From Octopus sinensis (lineage: Eukaryota), in the NCBI RefSeq assembly GCF_006345805.1, contig NC_043011.1, positions 54,696,464 to 54,760,463 of the forward strand: DNA of 64,000 bases, in the 5' to 3' direction. The position numbers were made by a program, and so were the translations under genes. This document shows, one piece after another, positions 53,001 to 64,000 of this stretch; positions within the stretch are counted from its first letter, which is position 1, and each line of letters starts with the position of its first letter. Below the pieces are notes generated by a model. The model searched no databases. It was not told the DNA's origin and was given only the letters and a program-made list of their open reading frames with translations.

Positions 53001-53440
53001 TTAACGATAACAGCATCGATGCTAATGACCATGAAGACAACAGTAGAAGGGTTGACACGAGGAAAGAAATCAACGAAAGTCGTCACACGAAAATTAAATC
53101 TCATAAGAAAATTAATGATTCTGTTAAAAACAAAAAATTAAAAACCAAGACACCAAAGACTTCCAGGAAAGATATTGAACCTGTTCCTCCAGATACATTG
53201 TCTGGTCACAGCCATAAAAAACCCACAAGGGTTTCAGGTACAATATTGACTAACCGAGATGTTGAGACAGATCAGATAGCAACAGACAAAGACATTCATA
53301 TTAATAACAAACAGTGGACAGATGAAAATATTCAAAAGGATAAAAATGGACCCACTTTACCCTTCACTATATTCAGCTCCAGAGAAACAATCTCTCGTCA
53401 AAAACCCGATTTGTCAATTTTAGATGAAATATTTTTGTAA
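50059..53440 (+). CDS. CYREN: CYREN/MRI-like NHEJ adaptor (cell cycle regulator of NHEJ); 3 coding exons, 265 aa
   Basis: Exons 50059-50213 (donor AA|GTATTG), 51728-51806 (TTTCCAACAG|..ACG|GTAAGA) and 52877-53440 (TTTTAG|GAA..TAA) join in frame. An in-frame stop lies upstream of the ATG. Motifs: RKRKLPQWML (RxLPxW Ku-binding type), TVMYMMSEQELLHVAMKTL and C-terminal DLSILDEIFL*. These match human CYREN as recalled from memory (RVLPSWL; TVYCMNEAEIVDVALGIL; VLKYVREIFFS). Confidence 0.8.
51031..51078 (-). ncRNA. Second near-intact minimal hammerhead motif
   Basis: GACAC CUGAUGA AGG GGCUG GAGGGUAUAU CAGCC GAAA CGUU GUGUU; two extra nucleotides before stem II. Confidence 0.55.
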
Positions 53441-54113
53441 TAAATTTGGAAATCTGATTAAATTTGATTCTTTTCTTCTTTCCTTTTAACTGCTTTTACA
53501 TCCAGTTTTCCTTTTCCTCATTTTTTCTGGGAGTTGAATAATGAGTCCAAAAATTTAGACACCATTTTGTTTGGTGAATAAGATTGCTTAAAAATAATTA
53601 AGTTTCTTTCTTTAGAACTAGAAAATGCATTTTTGCTCTGAACAGTTATAGAATTAAAAACTAAGATGACGAAGACTCTGGTAAATATTAATCAAGAAAG
53701 ATACCCCTTAGAGTGAATAGCTCAGAAATCAGGGAGGCTGCTTAGCATTGAGGCATCACAACTCTGATACTACAGACGTGATTAGAAATGACAAAGTAAA
53801 GAATCATGAGACAAATTCTTTGAGCCAAGCCAACTGCCAAGAGACCTAGGGGTAGACCAAGAACAAGATGGTTGAATAATATCCATAATCTCAGTTAGAG
53901 CAGGGATTGCTCTTTTTACTCTTTTGCTTGTTTCAGTCATTTGACAGTGGCCATGCTGGAGCACCGCCTTTAGTCAAGCAAATCGACCCCAGGGCTTATT
54001 CTTTGTAAGCCTAGTACTTATTCTATCAGTCTCTTTTGCCGAACCGCTAAGTTACAGGGGACGTAAACACACCACCATCAGTTGTCAAGCGATGTTGGGG
54101 GGGACAAACACAG

Positions 54114-54156
<43 letters not shown>

Positions 54157-55143
54157 CGGCTGTTCAACCAGGTTTCTGAAAGAGTAATTTTTCCCTAGTT
54201 TCAAGTCTATGAGGGTTTTATCCTGTGCTTTTTAGTCAGGATTAACGTGACTGTGTCTCTCAATAAGAAACTTCAATAATAAATAAGAACTGCCAGAATG
54301 TATTCACCTGTATAATACACGACAAGAACAATTAGGCTACGATTTCTCAATGATGACTTTTTTTATCCAGTTTGTATTCATCTCGGGACAACACCTATAG
54401 ACTTTTTTTTTCTCACATTGAATGATACCTTAAATATGTCCCATTTGTATAATTTTTTCATCTGATGTCAAGAGTAAATAATCCAAATAATAATAAGACA
54501 AAGAAAATTCTTCAACACAACTTTAATGATTCGTTACAATTGTTTCTGTACCAAGTCTATTCACAACACCAGTTTACACAAATATTGGAAGTGAAAATTT
54601 ACGTAAAGTTTGTGGTTTTAGACATTAGAGAAGCATTTCATCAGACTTGCAACACACACACACTCATATATATATATATATACACACACAAAATAGATTT
54701 CTGTTTAGTTTCTTATTTCTTTACTGCCCACAAAGGGCCAAACAAGGACAGACAAAGGGATTTAGTCGATTACATCGACCCCAGTGCGTAACTGGTACTT
54801 ATTTAATCGACCCCGAAAGGACGAAAGGCTAAGTCGACCTCAGCGGAATTTGAACTCGGAACCTAGAGGCAGACGAAAAACTGCTAAGCATTTCGCCTGG
54901 TGTGCTACCGATTCTGCCAGCTCGTTTAGTTTCTATTACCCAAATTCACACAACATATTGTTTGGCCTGCAGCTACCACAGAAGACACTTGTCCAAGGTG
55001 CAGTGCAACAAGACTGAACCTGAAACCACGACTGTAAGGCAAGCTTCTTAACCACACAACCATCACTAATAAATTTCTTGTAATAATTAGTTTGTTTGTT
55101 GTACAATAAATTTCAATTTGCAAGAGAAGGGTTTCTCCACCCT

Positions 55144-56391
55144 TCAGTTTAAGGGTTTCCCTCCAGCATGTATCCGTTCGTGTCTTTTTAAAAGGGTGCT
55201 TGTGATAAACGATTTCTCACAGATGTCACAGTGATACGGTTTCTCTCCAGTGTGAACCAGTTTGTGTCGGTTTAAGTCGCTGTTATTGACGAATGATTTC
55301 CCACAGACTTCGCAAGGGCAGGGTTTTTCCCCGGTGTGTCTACGTTTGTGACTTATAAGATCAGAATTCCGATTGAACGATTTGCCACACATCTCACAAA
55401 GATAGGACTTTTCTCCCGTGTGAATCTGCTTGTGGACGACCAGAGTCGAATTTTTACAGAACGAATTGCCACACACATCACAGCGATACGGCTTTTCTCC
55501 CGTATGTATTTGCGTGTGACGTTTTAAATCATGGTTTTTAAGGAAAGCTTTCCCACAGATTTCACAAGGATACGGCTTCACCCCCGTGTGTATTTTTTTG
55601 TGTGTGTTCAAGTGGCCGTTGGTGAGGAAGGCCTTGCCACACACTTCACAACAATAAGGTTTCTCACCAGAATGCATGAGTACGTGTATCGCAAGTTGTG
55701 AATTCACATAGAACGACTTCCCACACAAATCACAGTGATAAGGTTTTTCTCCAGTGTGAACCCGCTCGTGGCTTTTCAAATCACTACTATTCACAAAAGT
55801 CTTCCCGCACAGCTCACAGTGATAGGGCTGTTCTCCCGTGTGTCTACGTATGTGGATGGTAAGCTTGGAATTTTCAATAAAAGACTTTCCACATATTTCG
55901 CAATGGAACGGGTTTTCCCCTGTATGGATTCGTTTATGTCTCGTTAGATTACTGCTATCAACAAAACATTTCCCACAAACTCCACAAAGATATGGTTTCT
56001 CCCCTGTGTGACTACGTATGTGGATAACAAGAGCTGAATTATTAATAAAAGATTTTCCACAAATTTCACAGTGAAATTGTTTTTCTCCCGTATGGATTCG
56101 CTTGTGATTCGTTAAAACACTGTTATACACAAAAGACTTTCCACATATATCACAGTGGTACGGTTTCTTCTTATTGTGTATTTCTTGGTGTGTGAAAAGT
56201 TCATGTTCTGAAGAGAATGTTTTCCTACAATTCTCACACTTATATTCCGGAATTTTTCTTTCCACTGAACTTTGATTCGCAAACGTTTTAGTAAGTACAA
56301 CTTTCTCTCCGCTGCATGTCTGTGTAACTGAACCTACACTGTCGAAAACGGGTGTCTTGTTACAAGACTCCAAGTAATTCACATCCTCCAT
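55144..56391 (-). CDS. C2H2 zinc finger protein, 13 tandem fingers, single coding exon (415 aa)
   Basis: Intact ORF with 13 CxxC-x12-HxxxH units joined by TGEKP-type linkers and no recognisable KRAB/BTB/SCAN domain. Candidate 5'UTR intron 56418-56528 (G|GTAAGT donor; TTTCTCAG acceptor). Confidence 0.93.
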   Translation of the reverse strand: MEDVNYLESCNKTPVFDSVGSVTQTCSGEKVVLTKTFANQSSVERKIPEYKCENCRKTFSSEHELFTHQEIHNKKKPYHCDICGKSFVYNSVLTNHKRIHTGEKQFHCEICGKSFINNSALVIHIRSHTGEKPYLCGVCGKCFVDSSNLTRHKRIHTGENPFHCEICGKSFIENSKLTIHIRRHTGEQPYHCELCGKTFVNSSDLKSHERVHTGEKPYHCDLCGKSFYVNSQLAIHVLMHSGEKPYCCEVCGKAFLTNGHLNTHKKIHTGVKPYPCEICGKAFLKNHDLKRHTQIHTGEKPYRCDVCGNSFCKNSTLVVHKQIHTGEKSYLCEMCGKSFNRNSDLISHKRRHTGEKPCPCEVCGKSFVNNSDLNRHKLVHTGEKPYHCDICEKSFITSTLLKRHERIHAGGKPLN

Positions 56392-58110
56392 ATTAATTCT
56401 AACGGAATTCTTAAAAACTGAGAAATGTCAACGAGCGTAATAATCTGGATCAGCTTCCTCGCCTTGGCATCATAGAGTTGCGTCTACATGTGTAGAAAAT
56501 ATGCAATGTAGATATATTTTCAACTTACCACTAGAACGCTTGTGGATGATTTGGTCCTTTCCAAAATATTGTGATTTGTAAACCAAAATATTGCGATTTC
56601 TTGGCTTAAAATTGTGGATATTGTTAACTGGTGCTTTGTGGAGTAAAATAAAATATTTTGTCTATAGTGTGCGCAATCACTCTGGTGAAATGTGTGGGGG
56701 TTTTTTCTTTCTTTTTTTATTGACAGTTTAAAACCGATGACTAAGAAAGACAGACTAGTTTACACACAACTCCATATATATATATAGTCTTGTAGTCGTA
56801 ATAAATGAGGGTTGTTCACAACGTATGGTAGGAAGGTGTACAATGAGTGGGATGATCACAATTCAACAAAATTCTGGATTTCAACTTGAAGGCTGCTGAA
56901 GCAGTTTTTTCCATGTTCAGCAAATTGGGGCGAAACCAATTCACGTTGTAATGTAATTTGGGGAGAACCTAAATATATGATTGATGGAACATCGACCGAA
57001 AAACATGTTATCCACAAACATTAAAACTCAACTTAACATGAGACGATCATAATAAACGTTAAAGTCTTAATTAATTAGTAATTAAATACAGACGCTTTAC
57101 AGGCGGTGCCAGTTAGAATTTTCCCCACTCGAATGACACCGGTGGCATATGTTACATGTCCCTATTCGTTATTTAGATTTTGTTTGTTCCTTCTCAAGCC
57201 ACACCTGGCTAATTAGGGACGGTTTCCCTGTTTCCTTGGCGTATATGTTCCCCACCTGGACGGGACGCCGGTCCGTCGCAGGTGAGCTGCAAGATGCAGG
57301 GGTGAGAGAAAGTTGTGGCAAGAGAGTCAGCAGAAGTTCGCCATCACCTTGTGCCGGAGCCGCGTGGAGCTTAGGTGTTTTCGCTCATAAACACACACAT
57401 CGCCCGGTCGGAGATTCGAACCCGCAATCCTCGACCGCGAGTCTGCTACTCTAACCACAAGGCCATGTGCCTCCACAAATAAATAATAAATGCGCCCTTT
57501 TAAAGCCTAGCCAGGCTCATGGGACGGTTTCCAGGTTTCAATGGCATATGTGTTTCCCAGCTGGACGGGATGCCAGTCCATCGCAGCGTTACTCATTTTT
57601 GCCAGCTGAAATGAAGTGTTTTGCTCAAGAACACAACGCGTCGCCCGGTCCTGGAATCGAAACCACTCCATCGTTTACTGAACTTATTAAACTCGCAATT
57701 TATTCGATTCGCGTTAAAAATAAATGATTCCGGTATATATCGGGAATCGCGAACTGCAAAAAAAAAAACTAAGAATATCGTGGTTTATTTGAAATACGGA
57801 AACGAAAACAAAATATTATTTACAATCTTAAACTACAAAAAGAAACAAAAAATATTTTAAAAGAATGGAGAGCAAAACGGCCCATTTTTGGTAATTTAGA
57901 GGTACTTAATTAAGAACAACGTTAAAAAACAAACAAATTGTAAGATGATTCGCTGTATAAGTCTGCAGTAATGCAATTATCTTAAGTAACAATGAAAAAA
58001 GCAATGATTCTTTCGTTTCGCTATTTCAGGAAAACACGAAGTGTTTATACAATCTCAATTTCTGCTAGACGGGTCGCGATTCTCTCTATTTACCGATATT
58101 TCATACTTAA

Positions 58111-58341
58111 GGCGGCGAGCTGGCAGAAACGTTAGCACGCCGGGCGAAATGTGTAGCCGTATTTCGTCTGCTGCTACGTTCTGAGTTCAAATTCCGCCGA
58201 GGTCGACTTTGCCTTTCATCCTTTCGGGGTCGATTAAATAAGTACCAGTTACGCACTGGGGTCGATGTAATTGACTTAATCCCTTTGTCTGTCCTTGTTT
58301 GTCCCCTCTATGTTTAGCCCCTTGTGGGCAATAAAGAAATA
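58111..58341 (+). mobile_element. SINE family B (GGCGGCGAGCTGGCAG..; Deu/Nin-like central domain), representative copy
   Basis: 9-bp TSD CATACTTAA. Central GCCTTTCATCCTTTCGGGGTCGAT..AGTACCAG resembles the Deu/Nin domain (from memory). Other copies near 5893-6135(-), 12187-12812(-, three), 28283-28505, 30604-30826, 39830-40226(-), 43155-43376 and 54712-54922(-). Confidence 0.8.
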
Positions 58342-58636
58342 CATACTTAAATTAACTCAATTCAAAAACTAAATACATCTACGATTATTTCAAAGTTTTC
58401 GCTGGAGATATTTTAGAAAGGAAATGCACGTCTCTCTTGACAAAAAGTTAAACATACATTACAAGATGTAGAAATGTATGACAGTCAAAATAAATTTCGA
58501 ATTTAGACGTAAGTATTTCGTTTCAGTTATTCTGTATAGCCAAATTATTTTTGTATATTCCCCATTATTGTTGGTTTCATTTTAATTGACGCCGCTTTTT
58601 GCAAGGATTACCATTTTCTTTTAAATTTTTAACATC

Positions 58637-59336
58637 ATGTCACCACGCGGGAGGCGATTAAGCCCCAAAACTTTATGCACCGATATCGTTGACGATGAAA
58701 AAACTATTCGCGAGTCTTGGACATTTTGTGAACTCGTTCAACATATTTCGACAAATGATAAAGCAATTGAATGGTTGGCGAAATATAAGCTTATAAGCAA
58801 TTCTGTTACATGTCCAGCTTGTGGGAACCCGTGTACGATTATCGGCTATAAGCAAGGAATTGACGGGAAACGATGGAGATGCCCGAATCATAATTTCTCT
58901 CGATCAATTCGTAAAGGATCCGTGTTCGAGAACAGTCGTCTCTCGCTGACAACATTCACATGGCTTATGTATATGTGGTCGAGGGATTATCTACTTTTCG
59001 AAATGGCCCATGAGACGAACGTTTGTATGAAGTCGATTATTGATCTGATCCGACTGGTCCGAGAACTATTAGAACGGTTCCTGGAAGATCATCCGGCAGA
59101 ATTAGGTGATGTCCCACCCGAGATTGGAGGGTTCGATTTAGAGACAGGTGAACCCAAAATCGTTGAAATAGATGTAACTAAATTTGTTAAATCTAAACGT
59201 AATGAAAAGAAACATGCGAAAGAATTTTGGGTTTTTGGTGGAATCGAACGGGGAACTGAGAAATGCTTTCTAGTACCGATTGAGTATCAAAATAAAGAAG
59301 CTTTCGAAGCTGCGATTATCCGATGGATTTTACCAG
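58637..59336 (+). mobile_element. Merlin / IS1595 (ISXO2-like) transposase-derived coding exon, N-terminal two-thirds
   Basis: About 233 codons with no stop. Contains a zinc-ribbon CPACGNPC..RWRCP, SIRKGSVFE..RLSL, KIVEIDVTKF and WVFGGIER..CFLVPI..IIRWILPG. A donor CCAG|GTATGG follows at 59336, after which similarity ends. Confidence 0.8.
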
Positions 59337-59839
59337 GTATGGTTTATAAAATCCGGTTTCACTTTTATTTGTATTGTCTTCAATCTGCTTTTAAATTTGG
59401 CTTCGCAGGGACCATTCTTTACCCCTCCCCTTTAATTATGCCTGTCGTTCTTTAGTTTTAACGCCAATGGTCATCTCTGGCGGGTCGGTACTAAGTACCA
59501 ACGCACCTGTGATCACCCTTCTAAGATACAAACTTCTTGTTTTAAAGTTATCTAAATTCTTCCATCAAAATCTCTTGATTTATGTTCCATACACCAGCTT
59601 AATAATGTTAAGTTTTTTGCTAAATATGATATTTTCGAAATTATTTAAAGCAAAGGCAATTTATTTCCACAGAAATAACAATAGGGTGTTGTGGCATAAG
59701 TACAGATTAGTGCCACAACTTTTCGTGTAACTTTCTGAAAAGGGCAATTTTTTAAATGAAACTCTGTAGAAGTATGCTTGGGAGGGTATAAATTACAATT
59801 GTTCACACGAAACTATATATTTTATGTATATATGAATGA

Positions 59840-59888
<49 letters not shown>

Positions 59889-60094
59889 TATATGTCTAAA
59901 TGTATTTATTATATCAGTCTCTTTTGCCGAACCGCTTAGTTACGGGGACGTAAACACACCAGCACTGGTTGTCAAGTGGTGGTAGGGGTCAAACACAAAC
60001 AAAAAGACACATACATACACGCACATGTATATATATATATATATGGCAGGCTTCTTTCAGTGTCTTCTATCAAATCCACTCCCAATGCTTTGTC

Positions 60095-61170
60095 AGAGCT
60101 GTACAAGCCATGTACAGTGGTGCTGTCAGCCATGAGTACAGTGATGAATTTAGTGTACAGGTAGGCGTTCACCAGGACTCAGTTCTCAGTTCACTCTTAT
60201 TCGTCATAGTCCACCAGGCCATAACAGAGGAATTCAAAACTGGATGCCCATGGGAACTACTATATGCTGACGACCTTGCTCTTATTGCAGAATTGGAGAA
60301 GATATTCCAGGTATGGAAGCAAAACCTGGAATCAAAGGACTTTAAAGTTAACCTGGCAAAGACCTAATTTTTTTGTTTGCAAGAAAGCAGATAAGACTCT
60401 CTTTCCATTGGGTAAACAGCCCTGCTCAATATGTAGGAAAGTAGTTGGAAGTAATTCCATTCGCTGCATCCAGTGTAAGCTATGGACACATAAGAGGTGC
60501 AGTAGAACCACAGGTAGATTAACAGATAAAGTCATCTTTGTTTGTGGCAGATGTGCGGGAACAATAAGCACTAAGGACACACAGGAATTATACTCTCTCA
60601 AATGCCCAAGAGGGCTTTCTTGAGGTTGTAGATAGTTTCTGTTACCTAGGTAACCAAATTAGCAATGGTAGAGGATGTTCTGAAGGTATTGTTTCTAGAA
60701 TAAGAATAGGATGGAGGAAATTCAGAGAGCCATAACCTCCATTGACAACAAAAGGACTCTCTGGGAGTGAAAGGCAGATTGTACAAACAGCTATACTTTA
60801 TAGTAGTAAGACATGGGCTCTGAATGCAAAAGACATGCGTAGACTAGAGAGGAATGAAGGTAGTATGCTTTGATGGATGTGCAACATCAGTGTGCATGAA
60901 CGACGAAGTGCGGATATGTTGAGAGAAAAGTTGGGCATGCAAGAGAAAATACTATGTTGGTTTGGACTTGTGATGCATATGAACGAAGATAACTGTATAA
61001 TAAAATGCCTATTACTGAAAGTGGATAGCACATGTGGAGGAGGGAAACCGTGGAAGACATGGGATGAAGTGATGAGGACCAATCTCAGGACGTTGGGCCT
61101 CACAGAGGAGATGACAATGGAGTTAGATGTCTGACGAGATGTGGTTCTTGAGAAGACCCACCCACTTCAA
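60095..61170 (+). mobile_element. 5'-truncated RTE-type LINE ORF2 fragment (RT plus Cys-rich region)
   Basis: VQVGVHQDSVLSSLLF, CPWELLYADDLALIAE, CSICRK.VG.NSIRC..CKLW.HKRC, and C-terminal LLWFG/GKPWKTWDEV; several frameshifts. Confidence 0.85.
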
Positions 61171-61388
61171 CGAAACTGAATTCTAGTCTCCATTTGTGGG
61201 CCTGCATATGTGATTTGAGAGAGATTTGGCTGCTAAATTTAACAAGTCAAGAGACCAAGTAGTGACCTCATTTATTTACGTACATATACACTCACTCTGC
61301 GTGTCCACAATATGTCTTAGTTAAAGGACAGACTTGAGAAAACCTGGAATGTTCCGTCCACTATGAGAAAATGTTAAGTCTATATTAA

Positions 61389-61768
61389 ACTAGCAGTATC
61401 GCCCGGCGTTGCTCGGGTTTGTAAGGGAAATAACTATATAAGCATTTTTAGAGAGTTATAGCCAAAAATGCATTAAAAATGGAAAAAAAATTATGGTAAA
61501 TTTTTTTTTAAATCGTTGACTCATCGTAGACATTTTTAGAGAGTTACTTCCCTAAGCGAAAAAATGCATTAAAATGGAAAAAATGATGGTAAATTATTTT
61601 TAAAATCGTAGACTCATCGTAGACGCGCGCTAATACCCAGAAGGGCTCGATATGAATCACGACTATAAGATACCCGGTTTTGGTTAAACTGCACCGCAAA
61701 ATGTGGGAGTAGTTAGGAATCTAAATCGTAGGAGACAGACACACAACTTCTCTTTTATATACAAAGAT
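61389..61768 (+). mobile_element. Non-autonomous Helitron/Helentron-like element
   Basis: Starts ACTAGCAGTATCGCCCGGCGTTGCTCGGG and ends GACAGACACACAACTTCTCTTTTATATACAAAGAT. A close inverted copy lies at 20860-21254 and similar termini at 32101-32650. Superfamily assignment is inferred from the termini. Confidence 0.6.
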
Positions 61769-63289
61769 TTCTAAGTTACCTCCCTTGTTACGAGTTAGCC
61801 TCAGCAAACCTTGCTTTTATTTGAAATATTTTGCCTTTTTCTTTTTTCCAAGGAAAAGCTCTGGAACTACTTTTCTGTCCGTTTTTTTGCTTTTTCCAAT
61901 AGTCATCATCATCATCATCATCGTCATCGTTTAACGTCCGCTTCCCATGCTAGCATGGGTTGGACGATTTGACTGAGGCTGGCGAACCAGATGGCTGCAC
62001 CAGGCTCCTATTTGATCTGGCAGAGTTTCTACAGCTGGATGCCCTTTCTAACGCCAACCACTCCGAGACTGTAGTGGGTGCCTTTACGTGCCACCGGCAC
62101 GAGGGCCAGTCAGGAGGTACGACAAATTCAAGCTGAAAGTCAATCACATTGACTTGCAGTGTTTCAGGCTTCAAGAGAAATTCTATGTTTAGACATGGAC
62201 TCAATGAAAACCAATATTAAAGAAATGACTAATGTTGACTGCGATTGCTGTGTGATAGAAATATATCTTTTATGGGATTGAATCATTTTGCTAAAATAAC
62301 ACTTACACTAACTTCAATATAGCCATGGTGAAGGCATATAGCCTAGTGGTTTGGGTGCTGCATTCATGATTGCTTGATCATGGTTTCAATTCTCTTCTGG
62401 GTGGTGCATTGTGTTTTTCAACAAAACAGTTCATTTTACACTGTTCCATCATCATCATCATCATCGTTTAACGTCCGCTTTCTATGCTAGCATGGGTTGG
62501 ACGATTTTGACTGTGGGCTGGCGAACCAGATGGCTGCACCAGGCTCCAATCTTGATTTGGCAGAGTTTCTACAGCTGAATGCCCTTCCTAACACCAACCA
62601 CTCTGAGAGTGTAGCGGGTGCTTTTACGTGCCACCTGCACGAGGGCCAGTAAGGCGGTACTGGCAGCAGCCATGCTCAAATGGTGCAAGAAAAAAAATGG
62701 GTTCCTTATGACCTTTGGGGGTCCATGTAAGATTTTCTTATTCAAATTTATGTGCAATAAATTGATTATATTTCTGAAATGCGCAAAATAGTTTAACACT
62801 TTTTTTTATACAATTGGCGTTAGGAATGGCATCCAACTGAAGAAACCATACCAAATCAGACTGGAACCAGGTGCAGCTCTCCGACTTACCAGTTCCAGTC
62901 AAACCGTGCTACCCATGCCAGCATGGAAAGCAGACGCTAAATGATGATGGTGGTGGTGGTGGTGATTATGAATACCTAATGATATTTAATTATAAAATTA
63001 CAATAGGATTTTTTAAAACACTGAATGGCTATGGGGGTCCACCTGAGTGAAATAGAAATGAAAGGGGGTCCGTAGGTAAAAAATGGTCAAGAACCCCTGC
63101 TCTAGTCCAGTCAGCTGTAAACAAGTATCCCTGTGATAGACTGTGTCCTGTTCAAGAAGAATGTTCTGGTTGCATTCAATATGCCATGCTAACTTGGTAA
63201 CTGATCCTCTGAGACATGGGACTCTAGACAGTAATATCCAAGGGGTTGATGACTGTGAGGAATATCTCCTTTTAGATGCCATGTCCAGA

Positions 63290-63600
63290 ATGTAGGACAT
63301 TGGCACTCATACCCTGCCATGATTCCGTGTTCTTTGTTTTCTATAAGTTTCATTTCCTGATGGTTAATGCCTGTTTCTTCCAACCAGTTTCTCAACCTTG
63401 ACATCCCTATCATCCTTCCCCTTTTCCTTGTGTTCCCTTCAGTCTTTCTTGCCATCATTAAATTCTCCAGGCCCTCTTCTTCACCACATGACCAAGGAAT
63501 CTTAGTTGCTTGGCCCTTGACTCACAAAGCAGTTTCCTACGTACTACAGCCCAGTCTCATCACTTCTTCATTAGACACTGTCTGTACATGCTAACCTCAA
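63290..63600 (-). mobile_element. Decayed non-LTR retrotransposon ORF2 C-terminal fragment
   Basis: GLENLMMARKTEGNTRKRGR resembles the LINE C-terminal (GK.EG.R.RGR) motif; contains stops. Confidence 0.55.
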
Positions 63601-64000
63601 TATTTCCTTACTGCTAGTAGGGTGCTAAGAGCACCATCCAAGCATGATCGTTGCCAGAGTGGCTAACTGGCTTCCGTGCCAGTGGCATGTAGGAGGCACC
63701 ATTTGAGCGGGATTGTTACCAGCATCGCCTTACTGGCACCTGTGCCATTGGCATGTGTAAAAAAATTGAGCGAGGTCATTGCCAGTACCGCCTGACTGGC
63801 CCCTGTGCCGGTGGCATGTAAAAGCTCCCACTACACTCTCGGAGTGGTTGGCGTTAGGAAGGGCATCCAGCTCTAGAAACTCTTGCCAGATCAAGACTGG
63901 AGCCTGGTGCAGCTATCTGGTTCGCCAGCCCACAGTCAAACCGTCCAACCCATGCTTGCATGGAAAGCGGACGTTAAACGATGATGATGATGATGACTAC

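Noticed and set aside
50059-53440. APLF or WRN as the source of the Ku-binding motif
   Set aside because: No FHA, PBZ, exonuclease or helicase domain is present; the middle and C-terminal motifs fit CYREN/MRI.
62168-62220. Candidate second exon for the Merlin-like ORF (GFKRNSMFRHGLNENQY*)
   Set aside because: It is phase-compatible but has a weak acceptor and no transposase similarity.

Overview
Repeat-rich, AT-rich eukaryotic DNA. The repeat families and the C2H2 array suggest an octopus-like cephalopod (inferred, not verified). Reading splice sites by hand gives three host genes. (1) A complete 19-coding-exon HELQ helicase on the minus strand (42022->11882, about 1241 aa). (2) A 3-coding-exon plus-strand gene (50059->53440, 265 aa) that the ORF track fragments; it has the three linear motifs of CYREN/MRI in order and appears head-to-head with HELQ. 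(3) A gene with a single coding exon and 13 C2H2 fingers (minus, 55144-56391). An uninterrupted Merlin/IS1595-like transposase exon lies at 58637-59336. The rest is mobile DNA: a decayed hAT, mariner pieces, MITEs, Helitron-like elements, RTE-type LINE fragments, several tRNA-derived SINE families and many microsatellites. One SINE family carries a Penelope-type minimal hammerhead ribozyme. Most ORFs in the supplied track are artefacts of repeats. No database searches were run; family assignments rest on recognised motifs.
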